Below, one piece after another: positions 1 through 8,695 of a DNA stretch of 64,000 nucleotides (within the stretch, counting starts at the first letter, position 1; each line of letters starts with the position of its first letter). The translations under genes were made by a program, and so were the position numbers. Location: the IMG/VR virus record IMGVR_UViG_3300020438_000021, positions 15,175-79,174 of that record; one strand, written 5' to 3'. This DNA is from a virus. The notes under the pieces are model-generated. The model was not told the DNA's origin and did no database searches. It saw only the letters and a program-made list of their open reading frames with translations.

Positions 1-318
1 TCTTCTTGCTTTCTGAGCGGTTTGAACTTGGGCGGAACTCAATCCATCTTTCGTATACTCTTCCCAACTATCTTCTTTCGAGGCTGCTTGCCAAATCTTG
101 AATGTCGGTGTGTTCGGTTTCACTGGAAAGTCCTTGACTTCCTGCTTTCCAAAATCGAAGAGGTTTGCATCCTTCGTCTTAGCAGATTCTTTCTCCCTGC
201 GAAGTTTCTCATCTCTTTTTCGATGAAACTTCTTTCTCTCTTCGTTGTAGCCCATAACTTGAGGCTTCACCTTCTTTGGCTCGATTTTTTCTTCCTTAAG
301 AACGTCTTGCCAACTCAT
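1..318 (-). CDS. Hypothetical protein with N-terminal MSWQDVLK motif (runs off the left edge; not in ORF track)
   Basis: Manual translation: ATG at 318 overlaps the TGA of the upstream ORF (ATGA); MSWQDVLKEEKIEPKKVKPQ... stays open to base 1. Confidence 0.8.
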   Translation of the reverse strand, partial: MSWQDVLKEEKIEPKKVKPQVMGYNEERKKFHRKRDEKLRREKESAKTKDANLFDFGKQEVKDFPVKPNTPTFKIWQAASKEDSWEEYTKDGLSSAQVQTAQKARR

Positions 319-611
319 GCTGGTTTCCTCCTTAACATTCTAACGTGAGTCATAGGTGTGACTGGTTCTCTTATTCTATCGAACCTTTGAACATCTTTGC
401 CTCCAAAACCCATTGCACCGATTATATCATACGCTATTCGTATGGCATTATCAAAATCATATCCATTCACCATAGCATTGATTAGATATTCTTCATGCTT
501 GCCTGAGTCTTTGTACTTCTTTTGTTCAGCAAGAAGTGTGTTTCTGTCCATATTTCTAAATGGCTCAAGTTTACTGCGAGGAACTCTTTTTAGAACATCA
601 AACCAACTCAT
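315..611 (-). CDS. Hypothetical protein, MSWFDVLK N-terminal motif
   Basis: ORF track; GAGGTGA RBS upstream; shared N-terminal motif. Confidence 0.8.
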   Translation of the reverse strand: MSWFDVLKRVPRSKLEPFRNMDRNTLLAEQKKYKDSGKHEEYLINAMVNGYDFDNAIRIAYDIIGAMGFGGKDVQRFDRIREPVTPMTHVRMLRRKPA

Positions 612-618
612 TGCATCT

Positions 619-837
619 TCACCTCAACTTGAATAAATCCATTTCCTTGATTTTTTGTAGAGCCTCTCTAACATCGCTAACATGGTCAGGATTAGTCATG
701 TCCTTTCTCTTTGGTATTTCTTCATGAGCCATATCTTTCAATGTATCAACAATATCATCAAACTCAAATGCTAAATCTTGCAATTGAAGATGTGTGTCTC
801 TTAGTTGAACACTCTTCACTATATCTTTCCAACTCAT
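619..837 (-). CDS. Hypothetical protein, MSWKDIVK N-terminal motif (start revised to 837)
   Basis: ATG at 837 overlaps the stop of 834..1490 (ATGA coupling) and gives the shared motif. Confidence 0.75.
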   Translation of the reverse strand: MSWKDIVKSVQLRDTHLQLQDLAFEFDDIVDTLKDMAHEEIPKRKDMTNPDHVSDVREALQKIKEMDLFKLR

Positions 838-1490
838 TGTAACTTCTCCTGCATCTTGTCCCTGACATCCAACCAAACTTCAGGATGGTTCTGTGCTAGA
901 ACCTCCTTGATGACTTGCATCTGATGAACGATGATAGTGTCTTGCCTCTTATGCACCAGTTTGCCCTTGAATTCTAACAAATACTTCAACGATTCACGAA
1001 CTTCCTTCGCTAATTTAGTCAATGAGTCGATATATTTCGGGTCTGTTGAGTCTTCAGCAAAAAGTGTATCAATTTTTTGCTCCAATCTCTGAACGTTGAC
1101 GCTCAAAGTCTCAATTTCGTCAACTTCCCTCGCAGCAATCATGTTTGCAGCAGATTGTTGGACGATTGGCTGAAGATGTTTCTCCATATGACGCATGACT
1201 TGAACATCTGAGCATCCAACCATCTCTCCAACATCAGAAGGAGTGATATTTCCGGCATGAAGTTGTGATTCTATCTCTGCTCTCATTGGATTAGAGCAAA
1301 TATTGCAACTTGGATTTGCAGAATCGACATATCCGCCCATGTGATTCCTCTGATGCTTCGCTGTTGTGCCGCTTTTCCAGTTCATCTGTTGGTCGAGAGC
1401 GTCTGCTGTGTAATTCCATGCTTCTAAATCAGCCTCAAGTTGAGTTCTATCCTCATGCATACACAAAGGACAACGCTTTCTCGTAATCAT
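834..1490 (-). CDS. Duplicated CxxC..HxxxH zinc/HTH protein with C-terminal helical hairpin; possible terminase small subunit
   Basis: Two repeats CPLCMH...HQRNH and CNICSN...HMEKH followed by coiled coil; the function is inferred from architecture only. Confidence 0.45.
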   Translation of the reverse strand: MITRKRCPLCMHEDRTQLEADLEAWNYTADALDQQMNWKSGTTAKHQRNHMGGYVDSANPSCNICSNPMRAEIESQLHAGNITPSDVGEMVGCSDVQVMRHMEKHLQPIVQQSAANMIAAREVDEIETLSVNVQRLEQKIDTLFAEDSTDPKYIDSLTKLAKEVRESLKYLLEFKGKLVHKRQDTIIVHQMQVIKEVLAQNHPEVWLDVRDKMQEKLQ

Positions 1491-1494
1491 TCAC

Positions 1495-1584
1495 TCATCT
1501 CTCACAAATTGTAAAGCAGTATGGGCAACAACTCGATATTGCCATATCATCTTCTTCCACTCTTCCCAATCCTCTACATCTCAT
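1495..1584 (-). CDS. 29-aa Cys-rich microprotein (MRCRGLGRVEEDDMAISSCCPYCFTICER)
   Basis: Fills the gap between two genes; ATG directly follows the upstream TAA. Confidence 0.5.
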   Translation of the reverse strand: MRCRGLGRVEEDDMAISSCCPYCFTICER

Positions 1585-2655
1585 TTACTGCACCATCTTT
1601 ACTATATGTCTCCAATCGGAAAAATCCTGCTTTTCTACCTTCTCTTCTGTTTTCTTATTCTTGAAACCAGCGATTTCTGCCATGTTGTTAAGTTGCCTTA
1701 CTGAAATCTTCAGGTAGACTTCCTCTAAGTCAACCTTGAAGTCGGTTTGTAGCCACGCCTGTATTTTACTAGACTCATCATCGTTCAACGGGAGTTTAGT
1801 ATTCAGGATTTCTCGCTGTAATTTCTTAGCATTGATGTTTCCTGTGCGATAGACGTAGGAAGGATTGTTGATTTTACTATCGAACCAAGTCTTGAAAGTA
1901 GGGATGTTCTCATAAACCCACTTTGCTGCCGCTCCTCGCATCTTAGGATTCTTGATAGTCAAATTGAATGGATTCCTTCTAGTGTTGTATGCCTTCGCCT
2001 TTCCACTTTCAAAGGATGATAGAACATCATTACAAATCATAAGGAGACTAGGGTGTTTGAAATCTTCTCCCTGCTCTTCTGCGAAAAGTGCTTGCCAAAC
2101 TGGAACTTCCGCCTTTCCGGGTTCTGTTGCAATCCAATTGTCAGGTGCTTGCTCATATGTTCTATCCTTGAATTTCTTCTGATAGTTAACGAACTTCCTC
2201 GTTCGGTAATCACCATAAACATCCAATGGTGCTAGAACCTTGCCCTTTCTATCATAACTAGCAATGCTGTTGTACTTGATATTCTGCGGGTTTAACTTTG
2301 AATTTTCATTATTGTTGCTTTCTAGATAATCACGCAATGCCTTAACTGCGGTCAATTGCTCAGAAGTATAGGACTCTTGACTTCCAGCATTTGCTGCTTT
2401 ATCGATATATTCCTGCGCTGGTGCTTTGACATCTTGAGTCTCACCCTTCGAGTTCTTCCTAGATTTAACTCCCATGTTCTTGACGAACTCCAAGATGGTT
2501 TGCGGCATTTTAGGAATGCTCTTGCCAGCCTCTTTAGTCCAAGATGTTAGTAAGGCAGAGAAATCAGGAACTTCTTCGGGTAATTCTACTTCCAATCCGG
2601 GTGCTAGTTCGGCGGTCTGCGTCTTCTTCTTTACTGGTTTTTTTCCGCTTACCAC
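1585..2655 (-). CDS. Hypothetical protein with C-terminal SDWRHIVK motif
   Basis: 356-aa ORF; GGAGG upstream of GTG start. Confidence 0.8.
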   Translation of the reverse strand: MVSGKKPVKKKTQTAELAPGLEVELPEEVPDFSALLTSWTKEAGKSIPKMPQTILEFVKNMGVKSRKNSKGETQDVKAPAQEYIDKAANAGSQESYTSEQLTAVKALRDYLESNNNENSKLNPQNIKYNSIASYDRKGKVLAPLDVYGDYRTRKFVNYQKKFKDRTYEQAPDNWIATEPGKAEVPVWQALFAEEQGEDFKHPSLLMICNDVLSSFESGKAKAYNTRRNPFNLTIKNPKMRGAAAKWVYENIPTFKTWFDSKINNPSYVYRTGNINAKKLQREILNTKLPLNDDESSKIQAWLQTDFKVDLEEVYLKISVRQLNNMAEIAGFKNKKTEEKVEKQDFSDWRHIVKMVQ

Positions 2656-2773
2656 GCTTCTTTCCTCCCCCGTAACTTATGTTGAATAATGACTCTGTTC
2701 CGCCGGAAGTTGTGGTAACTGCACCAGCACTTCTTAGGATATTAAACCAAGAAGACTCTGATACTGATGACAC
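2564..2773 (-). CDS. Small basic protein with SSWFNILR motif
   Basis: AGGAGGT RBS before GTG; Arg/Lys-rich C-terminus overlaps the next gene. Confidence 0.6.
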   Translation of the reverse strand: MSSVSESSWFNILRSAGAVTTTSGGTESLFNISYGGGKKRGKRKKTSKEEDADRRTSTRIGSRITRRSS

Positions 2774-2838
2774 AACCTGAACCTCCTGAATATACCGTGG
2801 ACAATAAACATTGTTCTAAAATCGTTTGGTTGACGAAT

Positions 2839-3387
2839 TTAGAATTGGCCCTGTACGGCACTCGACTGAGGCTTGTCTTCAATGAATTGTCTTGCTCTGT
2901 CATCCTTGAATCTAGTCATTGGATTGACTCTCCTTCCACCTCTCCTAAGTCTGTTCATGAAACCGCCTCTTTGTTCCCTTGCTTGGAATTGTCTTGGGTC
3001 AGTCATTTTCTTTCCTCCATATGTTGAAGTCTTAGGAATGCTAACAGTCATATCCTTGCCCATGAAAGAGCCTTTCGCTTTATATCCTGCCTTTTTGAAA
3101 ACCTGCTGCAACTTTGCCTTGATTCTATTTGGGTCTCCTCCTAACCTTCTGATTTGGTCTCGACCAACAACAAACGTGTCTCCTTGAGGGCCACTGTTAG
3201 CAGAGTTGTTGTCAACCCTCAACTTGAACACTGGAAGTTGACCCTGTTTTAGATTACCAACGATATTTTCAACGAATGGGGTTATCTGCTGCTCTTGGAA
3301 CACTTCAATTTCCTGATTTATCTTCTGCTCGTTACCCGCTACACCAAACTTAGGAACAATCTTGAGAACCTCTGTCCAATCACTCAT
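2839..3387 (-). CDS. Hypothetical protein, MSDWTEVLK N-terminal motif (start revised)
   Basis: ORF track 2839..3408; ATG at 3387 gives the shared motif. Confidence 0.75.
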   Translation of the reverse strand: MSDWTEVLKIVPKFGVAGNEQKINQEIEVFQEQQITPFVENIVGNLKQGQLPVFKLRVDNNSANSGPQGDTFVVGRDQIRRLGGDPNRIKAKLQQVFKKAGYKAKGSFMGKDMTVSIPKTSTYGGKKMTDPRQFQAREQRGGFMNRLRRGGRRVNPMTRFKDDRARQFIEDKPQSSAVQGQF

Positions 3388-3413
3388 CGTTAATCCCATA
3401 CCACCCAAGTTAA

Positions 3414-4088
3414 TTATGATGTCGCTGCTGCATCAGAATAAAATCGCTTTTTGCACAAAGCACAAATCTCCCTTCCTTCAGGGTCTGAATCCCCTCTCAT
3501 GAAATTAGAAGAACCACACTTGGCACACTCTTCCTTCGCATCTTTGACTTCGGGTTTCTTACTTCCCAATCTGCTCCTCATTCTCATAGCGTGTTCCAAA
3601 GGGTCGAGTTTCACAACATCGAACCAACTCCCAACTCCCTCTTCAAACGAAGATTTGTTCGTCTGTTGTGCTTTTGCGGTTTGTATTGCTTTATCCAATA
3701 CGAATTGCATCAAGTCAATTGCTTTGTCTCTAAGTCCGAATGTCCTAGAAAATCGTTTAGATAGCGGTTTTATTATCTGCGCAGGTATTTGGGCTTCCAT
3801 ATTATAATGTATCAGACCCGGAACTTGATGAGTTATCTGATTCAGATATTCTTCAACAGGCATTTGTCTCAAAGTCTGTATTTGGTCATTCAAACTAAAT
3901 CTTCCTTGAGAACTCTTTTCCCATGCTTCAGCCGCTAGACCACTGCCTTTCAATCCTAGAATAAAATTATACAAGTCTTGAAAGGTTCTTATTGTTCCTA
4001 TCTGCGTTTGGATTTCGCTAACCTTTTGTTGTACGGCTTGCGGTGGAAAATATGAATCCTCTTTCTTTAGAGTATCAGACCAACTCAT
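3414..4088 (-). CDS. Hypothetical protein with two W-motifs (MSWSDTLK, GSWFDVVK) and a C-terminal CxxC..CxxC zinc ribbon
   Basis: GGAGAGGTG RBS; CAKC...CALC. Confidence 0.8.
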   Translation of the reverse strand: MSWSDTLKKEDSYFPPQAVQQKVSEIQTQIGTIRTFQDLYNFILGLKGSGLAAEAWEKSSQGRFSLNDQIQTLRQMPVEEYLNQITHQVPGLIHYNMEAQIPAQIIKPLSKRFSRTFGLRDKAIDLMQFVLDKAIQTAKAQQTNKSSFEEGVGSWFDVVKLDPLEHAMRMRSRLGSKKPEVKDAKEECAKCGSSNFMRGDSDPEGREICALCKKRFYSDAAATS

Positions 4089-4149
4089 TTCCGATACACC
4101 TCTCCTTGATTGTATAGCAACTCGAAATCAATACGAGTAGTGTAGTTCA

Positions 4150-4623
4150 TCAGTCGCATCTCCATAGTTCCTCGTCTGAGATTAACTCGAACTCGGACTC
4201 TAGCATGACATCCGACACATCGGCATACGATAATACTTCTGAATATCCAAGTGTCTGTATGAACTCTGTGAGCCGGACCAAATTGGTCTCTTCTATCGGT
4301 CTTAGTATTGCAATTTTAGGATAGTGAGCCAACCTGTCGTTCCTACGCTGAACCATTTCCTTCAGAATCCCACTCTTCCTGTGTTTCGGCTTGACGTAGT
4401 TGTTGCCTATGAAATACCAAGTTCCCATATCAGCAAACGATGTGTGAGCCACTACTTCGTCTTCCACGAACTTCCCAATAACGAATAGTCTCTCACAGAC
4501 ATGCTCAGGATATCCCTTCTCCAAAGCAGTCAGGAATCCATCTCCCCAACGAGCCTGAATCTCACTCTCCCTCATGAAACCTGAAAACCACTCCCCCTTA
4601 TCGTTGGCTTTAACAGGTAGCAA
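4150..4623 (-). CDS. GNAT-family acetyltransferase-like protein
   Basis: Acetyl-CoA-binding motif A-like YVKPKHRKSGI preceded by GNAT-like strands. Confidence 0.6.
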   Translation of the reverse strand: MLPVKANDKGEWFSGFMRESEIQARWGDGFLTALEKGYPEHVCERLFVIGKFVEDEVVAHTSFADMGTWYFIGNNYVKPKHRKSGILKEMVQRRNDRLAHYPKIAILRPIEETNLVRLTEFIQTLGYSEVLSYADVSDVMLESEFELISDEELWRCD

Positions 4624-4724
4624 TATGTTTATCCCCTTCTTTTTTCAAAAAATGGGCTGGAATTTTTTTGACACTAGCAAAAGTTTTTTCCTCCATTCCT
4701 TCCCATTCCCAAGATAAGACTTTA

Positions 4725-4946
4725 TCATTCATCAGTTGTGTAGTCAGAAAGCGATGTTTGTCTGTATATCTTATTGTTAATCTCTCTAATTAACTCTGTA
4801 ACGCCTGATTTTATTAAGTTCATTTTCTTGTGTAAATCCCTTGGCAGAGTACCTGCATTCTGTATATTGTTTATCTCTTTCACAATCTCTCTTTGTAATT
4901 TACCTGCTTTTTCCAGCATTTCCTTTAGGTGTTCTTCTTTGACCAT
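4725..4946 (-). CDS. Small coiled-coil protein with C-terminal PIP-box-like QTSLSDY (start revised)
   Basis: ATG at 4946 within ORF 4725..5072; Q-x-x-L-x-x-Y tail. Confidence 0.6.
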   Translation of the reverse strand: MVKEEHLKEMLEKAGKLQREIVKEINNIQNAGTLPRDLHKKMNLIKSGVTELIREINNKIYRQTSLSDYTTDE

Positions 4947-5111
4947 GCAATCAATCGCATAACCCCTCAGTAAATGAATCTTAACTTCAGAGATTAAAAA
5001 ACAACAGGAAAAAAATTTTGGCATATGGTTGGATATTATTACTAAGGATGTAGAAATACCAATCCTTGCCAAGTATAAATACCCTCAATTCTAGAATACT
5101 TGTAAACTGCT

Positions 5112-5162
5112 ACCATATGGTAACACGAACTTTCGTAAAGCGTAGCGGTGTTACCTCATTAA
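5112..5162 (+). promoter_or_regulatory. Inverted copy of the conserved ACCATATGGT / ACTTTCGT / ACCTCAT element
   Basis: ACCATATGGT 5112-5121, ACTTTCGT 5129-5136, ACCTCAT 5153-5159; opposite orientation to the four downstream copies. Confidence 0.7.
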
Positions 5163-5370
5163 CCGAGGAGTCAGGACAGTGACAGTAGTTGCATGGATAA
5201 GGATTCATACCCGGCTCATTGCTTAGACTAGTCCGGCTTCATCTAAGTCTAATTGCGCTGCTGCACATATTCGCATGTCGAACTTACTGTTTGTCCATCA
5301 TCCCCAGTTGTTCCCTTAAGGGGTGGAGTGTGATTGAGCAGTTTTAATTCCTGCTCAGGAACTGTTATGT

Positions 5371-6108
5371 TCACTCTTCTTCCGAAGAGGCTTTGTCTCT
5401 TGCTTCTCTCAGCATCTCAATGACTGAGGGCTTGCATTCAGATGAGTGCTTTGACACTACATCAAACTTACAAGAGATAATTGGTTCTTCTGTTGGTTTA
5501 TCGTATATCTCCGAGTAGAAGATGCTCTCAAAGATTGACTGTATCTTACCCATCATCGGTGTAGGTAAATCAACCAAGTGTTTCTCGATGACATCAGACT
5601 TCTGAACTCTGTCAGTAGACCACTCAGCAGTGAAAGTCAAGGTGCTAGAGTATGAATATGCCTTGAAAGACACATACAGTTTGACAACTGCTTCACCTAC
5701 TTCGTTTTCTGATACGATATGGAACTTCTGACTGTAAGAGCCGAAGTGATACGGGACATCCAAGAAAAGAATTGTCTCACCACGCCACTGTGGGTCAACA
5801 ACCTTAGAAGTGGTCTCCTGTGTGAGAGTAGGCTCATCGTTTACTTCAAGCCCTTGTGCTATTAGTTGGTTTATGACTGATTGAGCATCGCTTCGATAGT
5901 TGAATACTAACTCACCGTTATACATCACGACAGTATACTTATCAACAGTGCTTTCAATAGTCTGAGGCTCATAGGATGGTATCTCAGTATCCCACTTATC
6001 CACATTGACTATGTTATGACGAGATAACTCAAGGTTGAACAACTCCTTCTCACTGCTATCTAGCCCGAAAGGATATGATATCTCTACTGTTCTCTTGTGC
6101 AACTGCAT
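5371..6108 (-). CDS. Hypothetical acidic protein
   Basis: 245-aa ORF abutting the upstream gene (TGAATG). Confidence 0.8.
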   Translation of the reverse strand: MQLHKRTVEISYPFGLDSSEKELFNLELSRHNIVNVDKWDTEIPSYEPQTIESTVDKYTVVMYNGELVFNYRSDAQSVINQLIAQGLEVNDEPTLTQETTSKVVDPQWRGETILFLDVPYHFGSYSQKFHIVSENEVGEAVVKLYVSFKAYSYSSTLTFTAEWSTDRVQKSDVIEKHLVDLPTPMMGKIQSIFESIFYSEIYDKPTEEPIISCKFDVVSKHSSECKPSVIEMLREARDKASSEEE

Positions 6109-6285
6109 TCAAATCAACTCCTGAACATTAGCAAGTCCTGCTTTGAGTTCTGCTATCGCTAGAGATAGGTCATCACCACGAACCTTGATGCTCTTGATGA
6201 TGAGAACATGGTCAGAGCCTGATTTGGCATGACCAAGTTCTATTTCGTATGCTGGCGTTAGTATTGGCAGTTGTTGTGCTTCCAT
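6109..6285 (-). CDS. Small hypothetical protein, probably leaderless (MEAQQLP...)
   Basis: ATG at 6285 lies 16 nt from the conserved promoter box, as in copies 3 and 4. Confidence 0.65.
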   Translation of the reverse strand: MEAQQLPILTPAYEIELGHAKSGSDHVLIIKSIKVRGDDLSLAIAELKAGLANVQELI

Positions 6286-6300
6286 GACCCTACCAATCGT

Positions 6301-6372
6301 CATCGCCTTATGAGGTAAGGCCGTCTGCGACTCTACGAAAGTTTACCTTACCATATGGTAGTCATACTTTGT
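6301..6372 (-). promoter_or_regulatory. Conserved promoter/operator repeat, copy 1
   Basis: + strand: CATCGCCTTATGAGGT 6301-6316, ACGAAAGT 6335-6342, ACCATATGGT 6350-6359, ACTTTGT 6366-6372. Confidence 0.85.
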
Positions 6373-6439
6373 CCCTCGGACTACCTCAAAGACCGATAAA
6401 TCGGTCTAAGGGTAGCGTAGAGGTGCAAGGACTACCTAA

Positions 6440-6913
6440 TCAGTTGTCCTCCTTGTGAGCAGATACAAACCCGCTCTCAAGTTTGCCCAATACTGTTGCA
6501 TTGAGCATGTTTTCGTTGTTGCCCCATGATGTCATAGGGTTGCCGTCTTCGTCTTTCCTTCCGGCGAAGGTTGTGTGATACTCATAAGCATCTTCCGCCA
6601 TTGTGATAGTGGTGATGCCATCGTTCGTTGATACTGATATTAAACCAGCCCAAACTGCTTGCAGTTCTGCGGATAGCCTCTGAACACCCGATGCTCGGCT
6701 TCCGCCAGTGCGTCCTCTTAGTGGGCTGTCGTCAAAATCAGACAGAATATCCTTGATAGTCTTTGAATATCTGACTTGCTCCCTTGGGCTTTCTGTTCCC
6801 TTGATGATGAAGTTCTTTGCCATTCCAGCAGTGAACTCATCCACTTGGGCATTCTCTGAGTCGCAGTATGCGACTACTTTCTCGCTAAATTCATTCCAAT
6901 TTTCCATTGCCAT
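6440..6913 (-). CDS. Hypothetical protein
   Basis: 157-aa ORF with GGAGATGA RBS downstream of repeat copy 2. Confidence 0.8.
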   Translation of the reverse strand: MAMENWNEFSEKVVAYCDSENAQVDEFTAGMAKNFIIKGTESPREQVRYSKTIKDILSDFDDSPLRGRTGGSRASGVQRLSAELQAVWAGLISVSTNDGITTITMAEDAYEYHTTFAGRKDEDGNPMTSWGNNENMLNATVLGKLESGFVSAHKEDN

Positions 6914-6971
6914 ATTTTTTCATCTCCGTTATAGTGTGTCGCACCTCTACGACTACAACCATACACTAGTT

Positions 6972-7030
6972 CATCGCCTTATGAGGTAGCCTTTGACGAA
7001 AGTTTGACTACCATATGGTGGGAACTTTGT
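6972..7030 (-). promoter_or_regulatory. Conserved promoter/operator repeat, copy 2
   Basis: CATCGCCTTATGAGGT 6972-6987, ACGAAAGT 6996-7003, ACCATATGGT 7010-7019, ACTTTGT 7024-7030. Confidence 0.85.
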
Positions 7031-7165
7031 GCAAGACACCCCAAGGGTAGAGAGGACAGCCCCGAAGGACTGCCCCCTCATTCAATTGACTCAATAATGA
7101 GAGGCTTCTTTCAAATCTGCCGTTCTTAACCTGCCCATTATACTCAAGAATTGAGCCTGTTGAGT

Positions 7166-7471
7166 TTAAAATTGTTGGAGTATTATTGAGTCTTCGCATT
7201 CAATCCAACTCGTATTATAATCTAACCATTCTCTAACGTCATCATCAGTTAAGCCCTTAACGTCATATGCTTCTTTAATCTCGTTGAAGTCCTTGTATTC
7301 GCTGAAATCGCAACATATAGCGATAACATCAAACTCAATTTCTTCACCTATGCCATCCTCTAACTCAATAAGATAATCATAAAGGCATTGAAGGCCGTTC
7401 CTGCTGAAGTTGTCGGGTCGTATTTTCATAAATCCATCAATAAAGTCATATTCGCTTACGTTCTGCTTCAT
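7166..7471 (-). CDS. Hypothetical acidic viral protein, leaderless
   Basis: 101-aa ORF; ATG 16 nt from repeat copy 3. Confidence 0.8.
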   Translation of the reverse strand: MKQNVSEYDFIDGFMKIRPDNFSRNGLQCLYDYLIELEDGIGEEIEFDVIAICCDFSEYKDFNEIKEAYDVKGLTDDDVREWLDYNTSWIECEDSIILQQF

Positions 7472-7486
7472 GACCTTATGGTTTCA

Positions 7487-7544
7487 CATCACCTTATGAG
7501 GTATGCTCACGAAAGTATGCCTACCATATGGTGGGGGACTTTGT
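7487..7544 (-). promoter_or_regulatory. Conserved promoter/operator repeat, copy 3
   Basis: CATCACCTTATGAGGT 7487-7502, ACGAAAGT 7509-7516, ACCATATGGT 7523-7532, ACTTTGT 7538-7544. Confidence 0.85.
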
Positions 7545-7577
7545 AAAGTGAAACGGCACACCCCGAAGGGTGGCGTT

Positions 7578-7850
7578 TTAATCTTCTAAGTCCTCGCCTT
7601 GACAGTCTAAGTCCTCAATATGCGAGTCAACGTCAACTGGTATCCATTTACCTGCACTGCATTTATCACAGGCGAAGTAGGCTTCAAACTCGTAGTTATC
7701 CACCTCGATGTATTCGCCTTTCATGGTGTCTTTTGGTATTCTGACTCTGACTCTAACATCCTCGACACTGGTAGATTCGTGTAAACACCCACTGTATCCA
7801 TCAAGGTAGGCATGGTCAGCAGAAGTCATTCCATCGGGATAATTACTCAT
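7578..7850 (-). CDS. Hypothetical Cys/His protein (MSNYPDGMT..., start revised)
   Basis: Within ORF 7578..7877; CLH...CDKC. Confidence 0.7.
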   Translation of the reverse strand: MSNYPDGMTSADHAYLDGYSGCLHESTSVEDVRVRVRIPKDTMKGEYIEVDNYEFEAYFACDKCSAGKWIPVDVDSHIEDLDCQGEDLED

Positions 7851-7891
7851 TGTCCCACAACTCCCAAATGTATTCATCAGTTTCTACTCTC

Positions 7892-8070
7892 ATCTTAAGA
7901 ATCAAGATTTTCACCTCTGACATCCATTAAATACGCATCAGTTTCACATTTTGGGCATCCTTTCCCAAAACCATCTCCATCTTCAAACAACACCAAATCT
8001 TCTTCCTCTCCTTTCCACATACACATATTGCATCTGACTGTATCAATCTTAAGAGTCAAGGTTTTCACCT
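7892..8070. repeat. 25-bp direct repeat (23/25 identical) flanking one microgene
   Basis: ATCTTAAGAATCAAGATTTTCACCT 7892-7916 and ATCTTAAGAGTCAAGGTTTTCACCT 8046-8070. Confidence 0.85.
7895..8059 (-). CDS. Small CxxC..CxxC zinc-ribbon protein ending GENLDS
   Basis: GGTGA RBS then TTG at 8059; CNMC...CPKC. Confidence 0.65.
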   Translation of the reverse strand: MTLKIDTVRCNMCMWKGEEEDLVLFEDGDGFGKGCPKCETDAYLMDVRGENLDS

Positions 8071-8174
8071 TCCCATCCACAGTCTTCACACCATGCACAA
8101 TCAATAGTACCTAAATAAGCACCCGTAATTGTTACTACTTCCTCACATCCTTCACATTCCATATCGTATTCCAT
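8049..8174 (-). CDS. 41-aa zinc-ribbon microprotein ending GENLDS (not in ORF track)
   Basis: MEYDMECEGCEEVVTITGAYLGTIDCAWCEDCGWEGENLDS; ATG directly after the upstream TAA; GGAGG RBS. Confidence 0.7.
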   Translation of the reverse strand: MEYDMECEGCEEVVTITGAYLGTIDCAWCEDCGWEGENLDS

Positions 8175-8567
8175 TTATTCTTCCTCCTGTTGCATCGCTC
8201 TTTCAAACGCATCGAACTCTAACTGATTCAATCTAACTAACCAGTTCTTGTATTCCGTGTTAAACTTCCTCTTGTCGTATGTTGAGACATTGCATGACCA
8301 ATCGGCATCCTTCAATCTCTGACAGAACTCAATAGTCATTATTTCGTAAAAGGCACTCATCTTGTATATCTCGTTAGCGAAGTTGCAGAGTAACATTCTA
8401 CGTCTGAACTCTTCAGGAGTGATTTTTGCTCCTCCATATCTAACACTCATACTTCCAACACCTGCATTCTGTGCTAATAGACCGAATCCGAATCCATTAA
8501 CCAACTGCATCTCACTTTCGCTGAAGCCTTTCTCTATTCCGTTCACTATTCCTACTATCAGTGGCAT
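8175..8567 (-). CDS. Hypothetical protein, probably leaderless (MPLIVG..., start revised)
   Basis: ATG at 8567 lies 16 nt from repeat copy 4. Confidence 0.75.
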   Translation of the reverse strand: MPLIVGIVNGIEKGFSESEMQLVNGFGFGLLAQNAGVGSMSVRYGGAKITPEEFRRRMLLCNFANEIYKMSAFYEIMTIEFCQRLKDADWSCNVSTYDKRKFNTEYKNWLVRLNQLEFDAFERAMQQEEE

Positions 8568-8582
8568 GACCTTACACAAATC

Positions 8583-8629
8583 CATCACCTTATGAGGTTA
8601 GAGCGAGCAAAGTTGTCTAACCATATGGT
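8583..8629 (-). promoter_or_regulatory. Conserved promoter/operator repeat, copy 4
   Basis: CATCACCTTATGAGGT 8583-8598, GCAAAGT 8607-8613, ACCATATGGT 8620-8629. Confidence 0.8.
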
Positions 8630-8695
8630 TGCATAATATTCTGAGTTTACGCACAACAGCAGTGCATTTAGGCAGGGTAGTGGGGTGGTGGACAC

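Noticed and set aside
22-4962. Plus-strand ORFs in the left block
   Set aside because: Shadows of coupled minus-strand genes that have RBSs and a shared motif
5112-8629. CRISPR array or mini-array interpretation of the repeats
   Set aside because: Intervals are 500-1200 bp, contain intact genes, and repeat sub-blocks have variable spacing
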